From: an uncultured Candidatus Saccharibacteria bacterium
GTDB lineage: Bacteria; Patescibacteriota; Saccharimonadia; Saccharimonadales; 2-12-FULL-41-12
Direction of reading: 5' to 3'
Assembly: GCA_947085495.1 (NCBI GenBank)
Contig: CAMTWJ010000002.1
Coordinates: 38,599-102,598, forward strand
DNA length: 64,000 bases
The notes below the pieces were generated by a model. That model did not search any database, was not told where the DNA came from, and saw only the letters and a program-made list of their open reading frames with translations. A program made the translations under genes and the position numbers. Below are positions 25,940-34,354 of this stretch, piece by piece (within the stretch, counting starts at the first letter, position 1; each line of letters begins with the position of its first letter).

Positions 25940-26068
25940 ATGATGATGTTTGAGCGAAAAAAGCAAAAAAGAACGAAGCATAGCAATCGCTATGTTGAGA
26001 GAGATTTTGCACGTTTGCAGCCAAACAGGGCATTTTTTAACGATGTAATTGTTTGGGAGGAGACCTAA
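25940..26068 (+). CDS. possible 42-codon basic small ORF upstream of serS (low confidence)
   Basis: MMMFERKKQKRTKHSNRYVERDFARLQPNRAFFNDVIVWEET. Its TAA abuts the serS ATG (TAAATG). No clear SD of its own. Confidence 0.25.
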   Translation: MMMFERKKQKRTKHSNRYVERDFARLQPNRAFFNDVIVWEET

Positions 26069-27310
26069 ATGTTGAGTATTGATTTTATTCGTGAGAACCC
26101 AGAACTTGTTGCTGAAAAGGCCAAGCAAAAAGGTGTAGAAGTTAATGTCAAAGGGCTCCTTGAGAGAGACGAGTCACGCCGAAGCTTGCTTACCCAGATT
26201 GATGAGCTTAGATCTAAGAGGAACGAACTGAACGCTGAAAATAAAGGCCAAAAACCTAGTGAAGAACTTATAGAAAAAGGTCGCAAGCTCCGTGAAGAAA
26301 TTGAGGCGATAGAAGCAACCTTGGAAAAAACAGCAGTTAGCTATCAGGAGGATTTGGAAAAGATCCCAAACGTATTTCCAGATGACACGCCACTAGGCGG
26401 CGAAGAGGCAAACAAACCCATTAAGCACGTGGGTGAAGCTAATAAAAAAGACGTTAAAGATCACCTGACCTGGGGCGAAGCAAAAGGATACTTAGACTTC
26501 GAACGAGGAGCTAAAGTAGCCGGTGCTAAATTTTATTACACAAAGGGCCCCTTGGTAGAGTTGGAGCTTGCCTGCATCCAATTAGCAATGAGCATTGCTA
26601 TCAAACATGGCTTTACGCCAATTACCGTGCCGCACATGGTGAACGAAAAAACAGCCAACGGCACGGGCTTTTCTCCAAAAGGTGAGGAAGACCAGATCTA
26701 TACGATTGAAGGGGAAGACCTTAGCCTTATAGCAACTGCAGAGATACCAATTACTGGATACCACGCCGGCGAGATACTAGAAGCAAAAGATTTACCGCTG
26801 CTTTATGTTGGCTTGAGCCCGGCATACCGAAAAGAGGCTGGTGCATATGGCAAGCACAGCAAGGGCTTGTTTCGAGTGCATCAATTTAACAAAGTTGAGA
26901 TGTATGTATTCTGCAAGCCAGAAGAAAGTCCAAAGTGGCATGACAAGCTGGTAGAGATCGAGGAAGAACTGTGTGCGAGCCTTGAGATTCCATATCAAAT
27001 GGTGCGAATTGCAGCAGGAGATCTGGGTGCCCCAGCATACAAAAAGTTTGATATCGAATATTGGAGCCCGGTTGAGGGAACATACCGAGAGCTTATGAGT
27101 TGCTCGAACGTAACAGATTACCAAGCACGTAGGTTAAAGATCCGCTACCGCAATGACAAGGGCAAGACAGAGCTGGTTCATACACTTAACGGTACAGCGA
27201 TGGCCTTTAGCCGAATTGCAATTGCACTGATCGAAAATCACCAAGATAATTCTGGCGATGTAACAATCCCCACGGCACTACGCCCGTACATGAGTAAGGA
27301 CAAGATATAA
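26069..27310 (+). CDS. serS: seryl-tRNA synthetase
   Basis: N-terminal coiled-coil arm (IDELRSKRNELNAE), a class II core (FRVHQFNKVE, TLNGTAMA) and a GGGAGGAG SD. Confidence 0.95.
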   Translation: MLSIDFIRENPELVAEKAKQKGVEVNVKGLLERDESRRSLLTQIDELRSKRNELNAENKGQKPSEELIEKGRKLREEIEAIEATLEKTAVSYQEDLEKIPNVFPDDTPLGGEEANKPIKHVGEANKKDVKDHLTWGEAKGYLDFERGAKVAGAKFYYTKGPLVELELACIQLAMSIAIKHGFTPITVPHMVNEKTANGTGFSPKGEEDQIYTIEGEDLSLIATAEIPITGYHAGEILEAKDLPLLYVGLSPAYRKEAGAYGKHSKGLFRVHQFNKVEMYVFCKPEESPKWHDKLVEIEEELCASLEIPYQMVRIAAGDLGAPAYKKFDIEYWSPVEGTYRELMSCSNVTDYQARRLKIRYRNDKGKTELVHTLNGTAMAFSRIAIALIENHQDNSGDVTIPTALRPYMSKDKI

Positions 27311-27322
27311 CAGGAGGTCTAT

Positions 27323-27679
27323 ATGATTAAAAAACTAGAAATCAGCGGCATACACACTAAATTAACAGATAAAACTGAGAATTATATAAAAGCTAAGATT
27401 GGGGGCTTGGATAAGTATGTTCCAAAGAATGCTCGTTCTTCACAGCACGTTGAAGTAAAGCTTAAAGAAGCTAAATCTAAGCAAAAACTAAACTTTGAAT
27501 GCGAAGTTATTATGTACTTGCCTCACACGCAACTAACCACTAAGGCTCGGGGGTCAACACCCGAAGCGGCTATTGATGAGGCAGAGGCAAAGCTAAAGAT
27601 TCAACTCAAAAAATATAAAGAAAAGCACGGGGGTCCTCAGTTTCATCACAAAGTTATTTCGTATTTAAAACGACGTTAA
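27323..27679 (+). CDS. hpf: ribosome hibernation promoting factor / RaiA family (short form)
   Basis: MIKKLEISGIHTKLTDKTENYIKAKIGGLDKYV..VEVKLKE..EAAIDEAEAKLKIQLKKYKEKH. AGGAGG SD. Confidence 0.85.
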   Translation: MIKKLEISGIHTKLTDKTENYIKAKIGGLDKYVPKNARSSQHVEVKLKEAKSKQKLNFECEVIMYLPHTQLTTKARGSTPEAAIDEAEAKLKIQLKKYKEKHGGPQFHHKVISYLKRR

Positions 27680-27685
27680 AACAGC

Positions 27686-27714
27686 TTACAAAGAAGTCAT
27701 AAACACGCTATAAT
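27686..27714 (+). promoter_or_regulatory. promoter TTACAA-17-TATAAT for secA
   Basis: TTACAA at 27686-27691, a 17-nt spacer, TATAAT at 27709-27714. Confidence 0.55.
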
Positions 27715-27750
27715 ATGTAGCAGTTTAATTCGGGGATATTTTAAATACTT

Positions 27751-30360
27751 ATGAAAAAGGTTCTGAAACGTGTGCTTGGTGATCCGCAGATGCGGATGGT
27801 AAAGAAGCTACAAAAACGTGTAGCTAGTATTAATGACCTCGAGCCAAAATATAAAAAAATGTCAGACAAAGTTCTGGCCAGCCAGACTGACGAACTAAAG
27901 AAGCGCTTAGAAAAAGAATCTCTCGATAAAATTTTGCCAGATGCGTTTGCAATTGTCAGGGAAGCCTCTCGGCGCAAACTCGGGATGCGTCACTTTGATG
28001 TACAGCTGGTAGGTGGTATGGCGCTACATATGGGCAGTATTGCCGAAATGAAGACCGGTGAAGGTAAAACTCTTGTTGCTACTGCGCCTGTGTATTTGAA
28101 CGGACTAACTGGCAAGGGTGTCCACGTTGTCACAGTTAACGATTATCTAGCGCAACGTGATGCAGGCTGGATGGCAGAAGTTTATCATTTCTTGGGGCTT
28201 ACAACAGGGATAATTATTCCAGATCAATCGTTTCTATATGACCCAGACTTTGTAAATAAAGACCATGCCGACCCTCGCATGAAACATCTAAAGCCGTGTA
28301 CTCGCCAAGAAGCCTACAATGCAGATGTTACGTATGGCACCAATAACGAATATGGATTTGATTATCTGCGTGACAACATGGTCAGGGAAGTTGACCAACT
28401 GCGACAACGAGAGCTGAACTTTGCTATCGTCGACGAGGTTGACTCAATCCTGATCGATGAGGCCAGAACACCGCTTATTATCTCGGCTCCATCAACTGCG
28501 AGCGGTGAACACTATGAGCAGTTTTCGAAAGTAGTCCGAAATCTAAAACGTGACGAGCATTATGAGGTTGATGAAAAGCGAAAACAGATCGCAATTACCG
28601 AAAAGGGAATTGATAAAGTCGAAAAAATCTTGGGTATTGATAATCTGTACGCAACTACGAACATTCGAACCATTTATCACTTGGAGCAAGCTTTGCGAGC
28701 CCAAGGGTTATTTAATAGAGACAAAGACTATGTGGTTACTAAAGACGGCGAAGTAGTAATTGTCGATGAGCACACAGGTCGTTTACTAAAAGGGCGACGT
28801 TACAACGAAGGACTTCACCAGGCTATTGAGGCCAAAGAAGGGGTGGAGATCCAAGAAGAATCTCAAACACTAGCGACAATTAGTTTCCAGAATTACTTCC
28901 GTTTGTACGAAAAACTATCTGGTATGACCGGTACCGCAGCAACTGAAGCGGAAGAATTTCACCAGATTTATAAGCTTGATGTGCTCGAGATTCCGTCCAA
29001 CAAGCAGTTGGTTCGAGATGATTTACCAGATAAGATCTATAAAACCGAAGAAGCAAAATTCCGAGCGATAATTAAAGAAATTGGCCGTCTACACAAAAAA
29101 GGACAGCCGGTTCTTGTTGGCACCGCATCAATTGAAAAGAACGAATTGCTGACCAAGCTTCTTAAAAAAGCCAAGATCCCACACCAGGTACTTAATGCTA
29201 AAAATAATGAAAAAGAAGCAGCGATTATCGCAAAGGCTGGGCAGAAGGGTGCGGTGACGCTAGCGACAAACATCGCTGGTCGTGGTACCGACATCGTGCT
29301 TGATAAAGATGCCAAGAAAGCTGGTGGTCTGTTTGTGCTGGGTAGTGAAAGACACGAATCAAGACGAGTAGATAACCAGTTGCGTGGACGTTCTGGGCGA
29401 CAGGGTGATCCTGGTGCAACGCAGTTCTTTGTGAGTTGTGAAGATGATCTGATGCGAATATTTGGTGGTGAGCGAATTATGCGAGTGATGGATCGGCTTA
29501 AAGTTGACGAAGATACGCCAATACAAAATAGGGTAATCAGCAAGAGTTTAGAGGGTGCCCAGAAGAAAGTAGAAGGCTTTAACTTTGACACTCGTAAAAA
29601 CGTGGTGCAATACGATGACGTTATGAACCGTCACCGTCGAGCGACCTACAGTATGCGTAAAGAAATTTTGCACCAGGCAGACATTAGTCGAAGAGTGACA
29701 GACTTTGTGCATAGTCAGGTTCACGATATGGTTAATTCTCCGTCGAGTCTTACCCCAGAATTTGAAGATGTTCTAAAGGGACATTTCCCGCTAAGCGACA
29801 AAACAGTAGACAGATTATTTGATCTTCCAGCTGATCAGTTTGAGTCCGAGCTTACCAAGGCAATCGATAAGCTCTATAAAGATCAAGAAAAACGTTTTGG
29901 CGAAGAAATCTTGCGGAAGGTTGAGCGAGACGTGTATTTGCAAACACTCGACAATTACTGGATGCAGCATCTTGAGAATATGGACCACCTGCGGGAGGGC
30001 ATTCACTGGATGGGCGTTGGTCAACGTGATCCTTTGGTAGAATATCGAACTCAATCACAACGTATCTTTGAAGAGATGCAGCGTAGTTTGCGGCATGATG
30101 TAGTGCAGTCTCTGTTCCATGCTCGTCCTGTCACCCAAGCCGAGATTGATAATCCTGTAGAAACCGAGCTAACCCGAGCGGCTCGAAGTTCGGTAGATAA
30201 TGCAGACAAGATTATCGATCTGGAGGAATTTGAAGAAACAGATTTTGTAAGCTCCAACCAAGAACAAGCGCAGGTGGCGCAAAAAAAGAAAAAGATTAAG
30301 AAAGCCCGAAAAGCCGAACGCCAAAACAAGAAAAAGGCTAAAAAAAGACGTAAGAAATAA
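27751..30360 (+). CDS. secA: preprotein translocase ATPase SecA, with a polybasic C-terminal tail instead of a Cys-rich zinc motif
   Basis: MKTGEGKTLVA (Walker A), DEVDSILIDEARTPLIIS, TNIAGRGTDI, LRGRSGRQGDPG. The tail is QKKKKIKKARKAERQNKKKAKKRRKK. Confidence 0.97.
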   Translation: MKKVLKRVLGDPQMRMVKKLQKRVASINDLEPKYKKMSDKVLASQTDELKKRLEKESLDKILPDAFAIVREASRRKLGMRHFDVQLVGGMALHMGSIAEMKTGEGKTLVATAPVYLNGLTGKGVHVVTVNDYLAQRDAGWMAEVYHFLGLTTGIIIPDQSFLYDPDFVNKDHADPRMKHLKPCTRQEAYNADVTYGTNNEYGFDYLRDNMVREVDQLRQRELNFAIVDEVDSILIDEARTPLIISAPSTASGEHYEQFSKVVRNLKRDEHYEVDEKRKQIAITEKGIDKVEKILGIDNLYATTNIRTIYHLEQALRAQGLFNRDKDYVVTKDGEVVIVDEHTGRLLKGRRYNEGLHQAIEAKEGVEIQEESQTLATISFQNYFRLYEKLSGMTGTAATEAEEFHQIYKLDVLEIPSNKQLVRDDLPDKIYKTEEAKFRAIIKEIGRLHKKGQPVLVGTASIEKNELLTKLLKKAKIPHQVLNAKNNEKEAAIIAKAGQKGAVTLATNIAGRGTDIVLDKDAKKAGGLFVLGSERHESRRVDNQLRGRSGRQGDPGATQFFVSCEDDLMRIFGGERIMRVMDRLKVDEDTPIQNRVISKSLEGAQKKVEGFNFDTRKNVVQYDDVMNRHRRATYSMRKEILHQADISRRVTDFVHSQVHDMVNSPSSLTPEFEDVLKGHFPLSDKTVDRLFDLPADQFESELTKAIDKLYKDQEKRFGEEILRKVERDVYLQTLDNYWMQHLENMDHLREGIHWMGVGQRDPLVEYRTQSQRIFEEMQRSLRHDVVQSLFHARPVTQAEIDNPVETELTRAARSSVDNADKIIDLEEFEETDFVSSNQEQAQVAQKKKKIKKARKAERQNKKKAKKRRKK

Positions 30361-31653
30361 ATGAGACATACAGTTAAGGAGCTTGTTCTAGATAATGGTG
30401 CAAGGGGGCTTCTGATCGATGTGCCCGACGCTAGTGTGATGAGCTTCCAGATTAGTTTTAGGGCCGGCGAATTTTTGGTTACTGAAAAAAAATGGGAAAC
30501 CCCACATGTCATGGAGCACTTATTGCTTGGGGCAAACAAGGACTTCCCAAGAGCACGAGACTTCCAGGCAGAGTTTGAAAAAAATGGAGCCTATTCCAAT
30601 GCGAGCACCAGCGTAAATGACGTAACGTACGAGGCTGAGTGTGCAGATATCGAATGGCAACGAATACTTGATTGTATGGTGCTAGCTATTACCAAGCCAC
30701 TCTTTTTAGAAGAAGAATTTCGTGCGGAGATGGGTAACGTAAAGGAAGAGTTATCTTCTCGCTCTAACAACCATTTCCAAAGACTTAATCTGTCACTACG
30801 TGAAGCCTACGGGTTTCGAGCTACGACCTATCAAAACCGACTAAAACTTCTCAAAAACGTTACGGTGGCTGACACCCAGGAACACTACAAGTCAACGCAT
30901 ACGACAAGCAATATGCGCTTTATTGTGGCTGGCAAAATTACACCAGCTCGAAAAGCGCAATTAAAAGAAGTGCTAGGAAACATGAATCTTCCAAAGGGAA
31001 GAGGACGAAAGACACCACCCGTCTATAAGCCAAAAGGCCTAAGTCAGCCGCTATATATCTCGAATAATAGTGTTAAAAATCATTATTTTTACTTTGATAC
31101 ATTCCGAGATGAAAAGCTCAGCGAACCCCTGAGAGATGCACTTAATCTGGTAGACACCACGCTTACCGGCACCTTGTATTCTCGAATTTTGGGCACTGCC
31201 AGGGAGCGAGGTCTGGTGTATGGAATGAGCTCTGGTGTAGGCTGGGGAAATGACTTTACCAACTGGTGGTTTGGAGCCCAGGTGCGGCCGGACAACGCCC
31301 AAGCACTTTTTGACATTATTATTAACGAACTCAAAAAAGTTTTAGCGGGTGAGCTTACGGCCGAGGATATTAATGCGGCTAAACAATACAGTATAGGTCG
31401 GTTTCAGCGCAGCGCCCAGACAGTTAGCGGTTTAGCGTATGGGTATATGAGCCGGTATTTTTACGATGATCACATCGAAGACTACAATCTTATCCCAGAC
31501 CGTATTAAGGCAGTAACCAAGAAGGACATCGTGGAAGGCGCAAAGCTCTTATTTGAAGAAGGCTCCTGGGGGTTGGGTGTGCTAGGCGGTCGTTCTGGTA
31601 ATAATATTGAAGAACTTCACTCTCAACTTAGTCAGCTCTGGCAAAATAACTGA
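30361..31653 (+). CDS. M16 (pitrilysin/insulinase) family zinc peptidase
   Basis: HxxEH motif in PHVMEHLLLG. About 430 aa with the two-lobe M16 size. Starts immediately after the secA stop. Confidence 0.8.
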   Translation: MRHTVKELVLDNGARGLLIDVPDASVMSFQISFRAGEFLVTEKKWETPHVMEHLLLGANKDFPRARDFQAEFEKNGAYSNASTSVNDVTYEAECADIEWQRILDCMVLAITKPLFLEEEFRAEMGNVKEELSSRSNNHFQRLNLSLREAYGFRATTYQNRLKLLKNVTVADTQEHYKSTHTTSNMRFIVAGKITPARKAQLKEVLGNMNLPKGRGRKTPPVYKPKGLSQPLYISNNSVKNHYFYFDTFRDEKLSEPLRDALNLVDTTLTGTLYSRILGTARERGLVYGMSSGVGWGNDFTNWWFGAQVRPDNAQALFDIIINELKKVLAGELTAEDINAAKQYSIGRFQRSAQTVSGLAYGYMSRYFYDDHIEDYNLIPDRIKAVTKKDIVEGAKLLFEEGSWGLGVLGGRSGNNIEELHSQLSQLWQNN

Positions 31654-31691
31654 AAAGACGCTTACCAGCCGAATAAAGGTATAATTTAGAC

Positions 31692-32780
31692 ATGCAAATG
31701 CAGGATCTCAAGAATAATGCAGATGAACAAGCCAGCCAGATTGCAGATGCAATCAAGGTTCTTGATATTGCTAGCAAAAAAACAGAATTGGCCACACTAA
31801 AGAAAGAATCTGAAGCATCAGATTTCTGGCAAGATAACCAAGCAGCCCAAGCGACCATGCAAAATATTGCGGCTCTTGAGCAGCAAATAACACCGTGGGA
31901 AGCGCTGCAGGCATCCGCAAAAGACGTACAAGAACTTATTGGCTTAAACGATGAGTCGTTGCGGTCTGAAATTGAAATACAGATGCAGACTTTACGAGAC
32001 AAATTTGAGAAACAGCAAAAAGAGCTGGCCTATAGTGGTCCATACGATCATGGCAATGCGATTCTTAATTTCTATGCAGGAGCAGGTGGCACCGATGCGC
32101 AAGACTGGGCGCAAATGTTACTGCGTATGTATACTCGTTTTGCAGAAAAAGAGGGCTACAAAGTTGCATTGCTCGATGAATCGAGCGGTGATGAAGCCGG
32201 CATCAAAAGCGCTACGCTCGAGGTAAAAGGGAACTTAGCCTACGGTAAGCTAAAGGGAGAAAACGGAGTACATCGCTTGGTGCGCCTCAGTCCTTTTAAC
32301 TCAGACAACTTGCGTCAAACCAGCTTTGCTAAGGTTGAAGTATTGCCAGAGATTGATACGCCCGAGCAAGTGCCACTGGACGATAAAGACCTTAGGATCG
32401 ACGTATTCCGTGCTGGTGGCCATGGTGGGCAGAGTGTGAATACTACAGACTCTGCAGTGCGGGTTACTCACTTGCCGACAAACATTACAGTCAGCATTCA
32501 AAATGAGAGATCGCAAATTCAAAACAAAGAAACAGCGCTGACCATTCTGCGCTCTAAGCTTGCAGCTCTGCAGATAGAGCAACACAAAGAAACCATTGCT
32601 GAGCTAAAAGGCCCAAGCCAAGCCAACGAGTGGGGAAGTCAGATTCGTAACTACGTGCTTCATCCGTACAAGCAGGTAAAAGACTTGCGCACCAAATATG
32701 AAACAACCGACGTCGAGAAAGTCCTCGATGGTGATCTAGCTCAACTTATTGAAGCAAACGCCAAGCACCAAATTGCTTAA
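31692..32780 (+). CDS. prfB: peptide chain release factor 2, single uninterrupted frame
   Basis: SPF tripeptide (VRLSPFNSDNLRQTSF) and GGQ ([22 protein letters not shown]). No internal in-frame TGA frameshift site. Confidence 0.95.
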   Translation: MQMQDLKNNADEQASQIADAIKVLDIASKKTELATLKKESEASDFWQDNQAAQATMQNIAALEQQITPWEALQASAKDVQELIGLNDESLRSEIEIQMQTLRDKFEKQQKELAYSGPYDHGNAILNFYAGAGGTDAQDWAQMLLRMYTRFAEKEGYKVALLDESSGDEAGIKSATLEVKGNLAYGKLKGENGVHRLVRLSPFNSDNLRQTSFAKVEVLPEIDTPEQVPLDDKDLRIDVFRAGGHGGQSVNTTDSAVRVTHLPTNITVSIQNERSQIQNKETALTILRSKLAALQIEQHKETIAELKGPSQANEWGSQIRNYVLHPYKQVKDLRTKYETTDVEKVLDGDLAQLIEANAKHQIA

Positions 32781-32783
32781 AGT

Positions 32784-33572
32784 CTATTTTTGGTTCTTGT
32801 TGATGATGTGGAAGGTTGGCTGAGAACCGTCTAGTGGGATAGCTTTTGCAACAATGCTCACAAAATTATCGCCAGCTAAAATCTCCGCATATTTCTCGGC
32901 ATTTTCCTGTGCAGTTTGTTCTAACCCAACAGTGTATGGGTCGCCAGAGAATGATGGAATGGGATCTCCGTCTCTATCGTATGTGTGAACACAACTTCCG
33001 GCACCCACAATGCCCTTCTCGTAATGCTGCTCGATAAGATTAACAGCATGGATAGATCTGCCGATCTCTCCGTATTCTGACGCACGCTTTACAATTGATA
33101 GCATACTTGCGGTAAATGCACCCTGGCTATATATCATTACAGAGATTCTTGGGGTAAAGTTTGGCTTATCTGGTTCGTAGGCCCAGTCTAGAAGAGCCTT
33201 ACCAAATGCACTCACACGTTCTACTAGATATTGTTGTTGGGAGACTTTTTCAAAGACAGGATCCGTTTGATGACCGTTAGAAACAATATGGAAGTCGGCA
33301 TCGTGTCCTTCGGATGTCTCTCGAACTGAAGCTCCTCGCATAGCGTTATAAATAGTGAGACTGTGATCTTCGCCAGGAACTTTCTCAAAAGGTGCAGTCC
33401 AAACAGCGTCTGCTACTCCCTCGATTACTCTATTTCTGGAACCCTCACTTCGGCCCATAAGCCAGTAAAGCTGAATGGCGTTTTCTGCATCAGGGCTCAA
33501 GCCCTGTATTATCCCTCGCCCGGGGTATTCATTGGCTGCAAGCATTTGTTCATTCTCTAAAATCTCTGACAT
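32784..33572 (-). CDS. PurO-like IMP cyclohydrolase family protein
   Basis: MSEILENEQMLAANEYPGRGIIQGLSPDAENAIQLYWLMGRSEGSRNRV matches my memory of the archaeal-type IMP cyclohydrolase family N-terminus. Start at ATG 33572 with a GGAG SD. Confidence 0.65.
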   Translation of the reverse strand: MSEILENEQMLAANEYPGRGIIQGLSPDAENAIQLYWLMGRSEGSRNRVIEGVADAVWTAPFEKVPGEDHSLTIYNAMRGASVRETSEGHDADFHIVSNGHQTDPVFEKVSQQQYLVERVSAFGKALLDWAYEPDKPNFTPRISVMIYSQGAFTASMLSIVKRASEYGEIGRSIHAVNLIEQHYEKGIVGAGSCVHTYDRDGDPIPSFSGDPYTVGLEQTAQENAEKYAEILAGDNFVSIVAKAIPLDGSQPTFHIINKNQK

Positions 33573-33653
33573 TGTAAAACTCCTTTCAATAAGTATGCCA
33601 AAGCTGGGGCAGCATGCAACCATAAGCGCAATCTGTTATCTGTAAGGCGGGTT

Positions 33654-33662
33654 TGCTATAAT
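33654..33662 (+). promoter_or_regulatory. extended -10 element TGcTATAAT for ftsE
   Basis: TGC at 33654-33656 and TATAAT at 33657-33662. The predicted +1 is about 33669, 2 nt before the ftsE ATG at 33671. There is no SD. Confidence 0.55.
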
Positions 33663-33670
33663 GCTTATAT

Positions 33671-34354
33671 ATGATTCTCTTAGACAGGGTAAGTAAGGCA
33701 TACGTCAAAAAGGGTGAAGCTGCGCTAGAGCGCATCAACCTTCATGTAGAGCCAAAAGAGTTCGTGATTATTATTGGTCCTTCTGGAGCTGGTAAGTCTA
33801 CACTGCTCAAGTTGCTAACTCGTGAAGAACGACCAACCAGCGGCAAGATAATTGTTGGAGGTATTGATTACGATAAGTTAAAAGATCGTAATATCCCGCA
33901 GCTCCGCCGTAAGATTGGCGTAGTTTTCCAAGACTTTAAACTACTCTCTAATAAGACTGTATTTGAAAACGTAGCGTTTGCGCTCGAGATTGTTGGTATG
34001 AGCAACAGAGAAATCCAGCACACTGTCCCCAAAGTTCTAAATATTGTGGGCTTAAAAGGAAAAGAAAATAACTATCCAAACGAGCTTTCTGGTGGAGAGC
34101 GACAGCGTGTGGCTATCGCCAGGGCAGTGGTGCGTCAGCCAAAGATTTTAATTGCCGATGAGCCAACAGGCAACCTCGACCCAAAGCATGCATGGGATGT
34201 TATACGAGTGCTCGAAAAAATTAATCGTTACGGCACAACTGTTCTGTTGACGACTCATAACCAAGAAGTAGTGAATCGATTGAAGCGGCGAGTGATCCGG
34301 ATAGAAAAGGGCAGAATCGTTAGCGATAAAGCCGGCGGAGCGTATAAAGAGTGA
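33671..34354 (+). CDS. ftsE: cell division ABC transporter ATP-binding protein FtsE
   Basis: MILLDRVSKAY, GPSGAGKSTLLKLL (Walker A), LSGGERQRVAIARA and ILIADEPTGNLD. Confidence 0.93.
   Translation: MILLDRVSKAYVKKGEAALERINLHVEPKEFVIIIGPSGAGKSTLLKLLTREERPTSGKIIVGGIDYDKLKDRNIPQLRRKIGVVFQDFKLLSNKTVFENVAFALEIVGMSNREIQHTVPKVLNIVGLKGKENNYPNELSGGERQRVAIARAVVRQPKILIADEPTGNLDPKHAWDVIRVLEKINRYGTTVLLTTHNQEVVNRLKRRVIRIEKGRIVSDKAGGAYKE

Noticed and set aside
25900-26068. T-box leaders upstream of the aminoacyl-tRNA synthetase genes (serS here; also proS, lysK and glyQS).
   Set aside because: The upstream regions are too short (42 nt before glyQS, 13 nt before proS) or lack the T-box consensus, a specifier-loop architecture and a terminator.
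31692-31800. A programmed +1 frameshift site in prfB.
   Set aside because: The RF2 frame is continuous from ATG 31692, and no short upstream frame ends in TGA.
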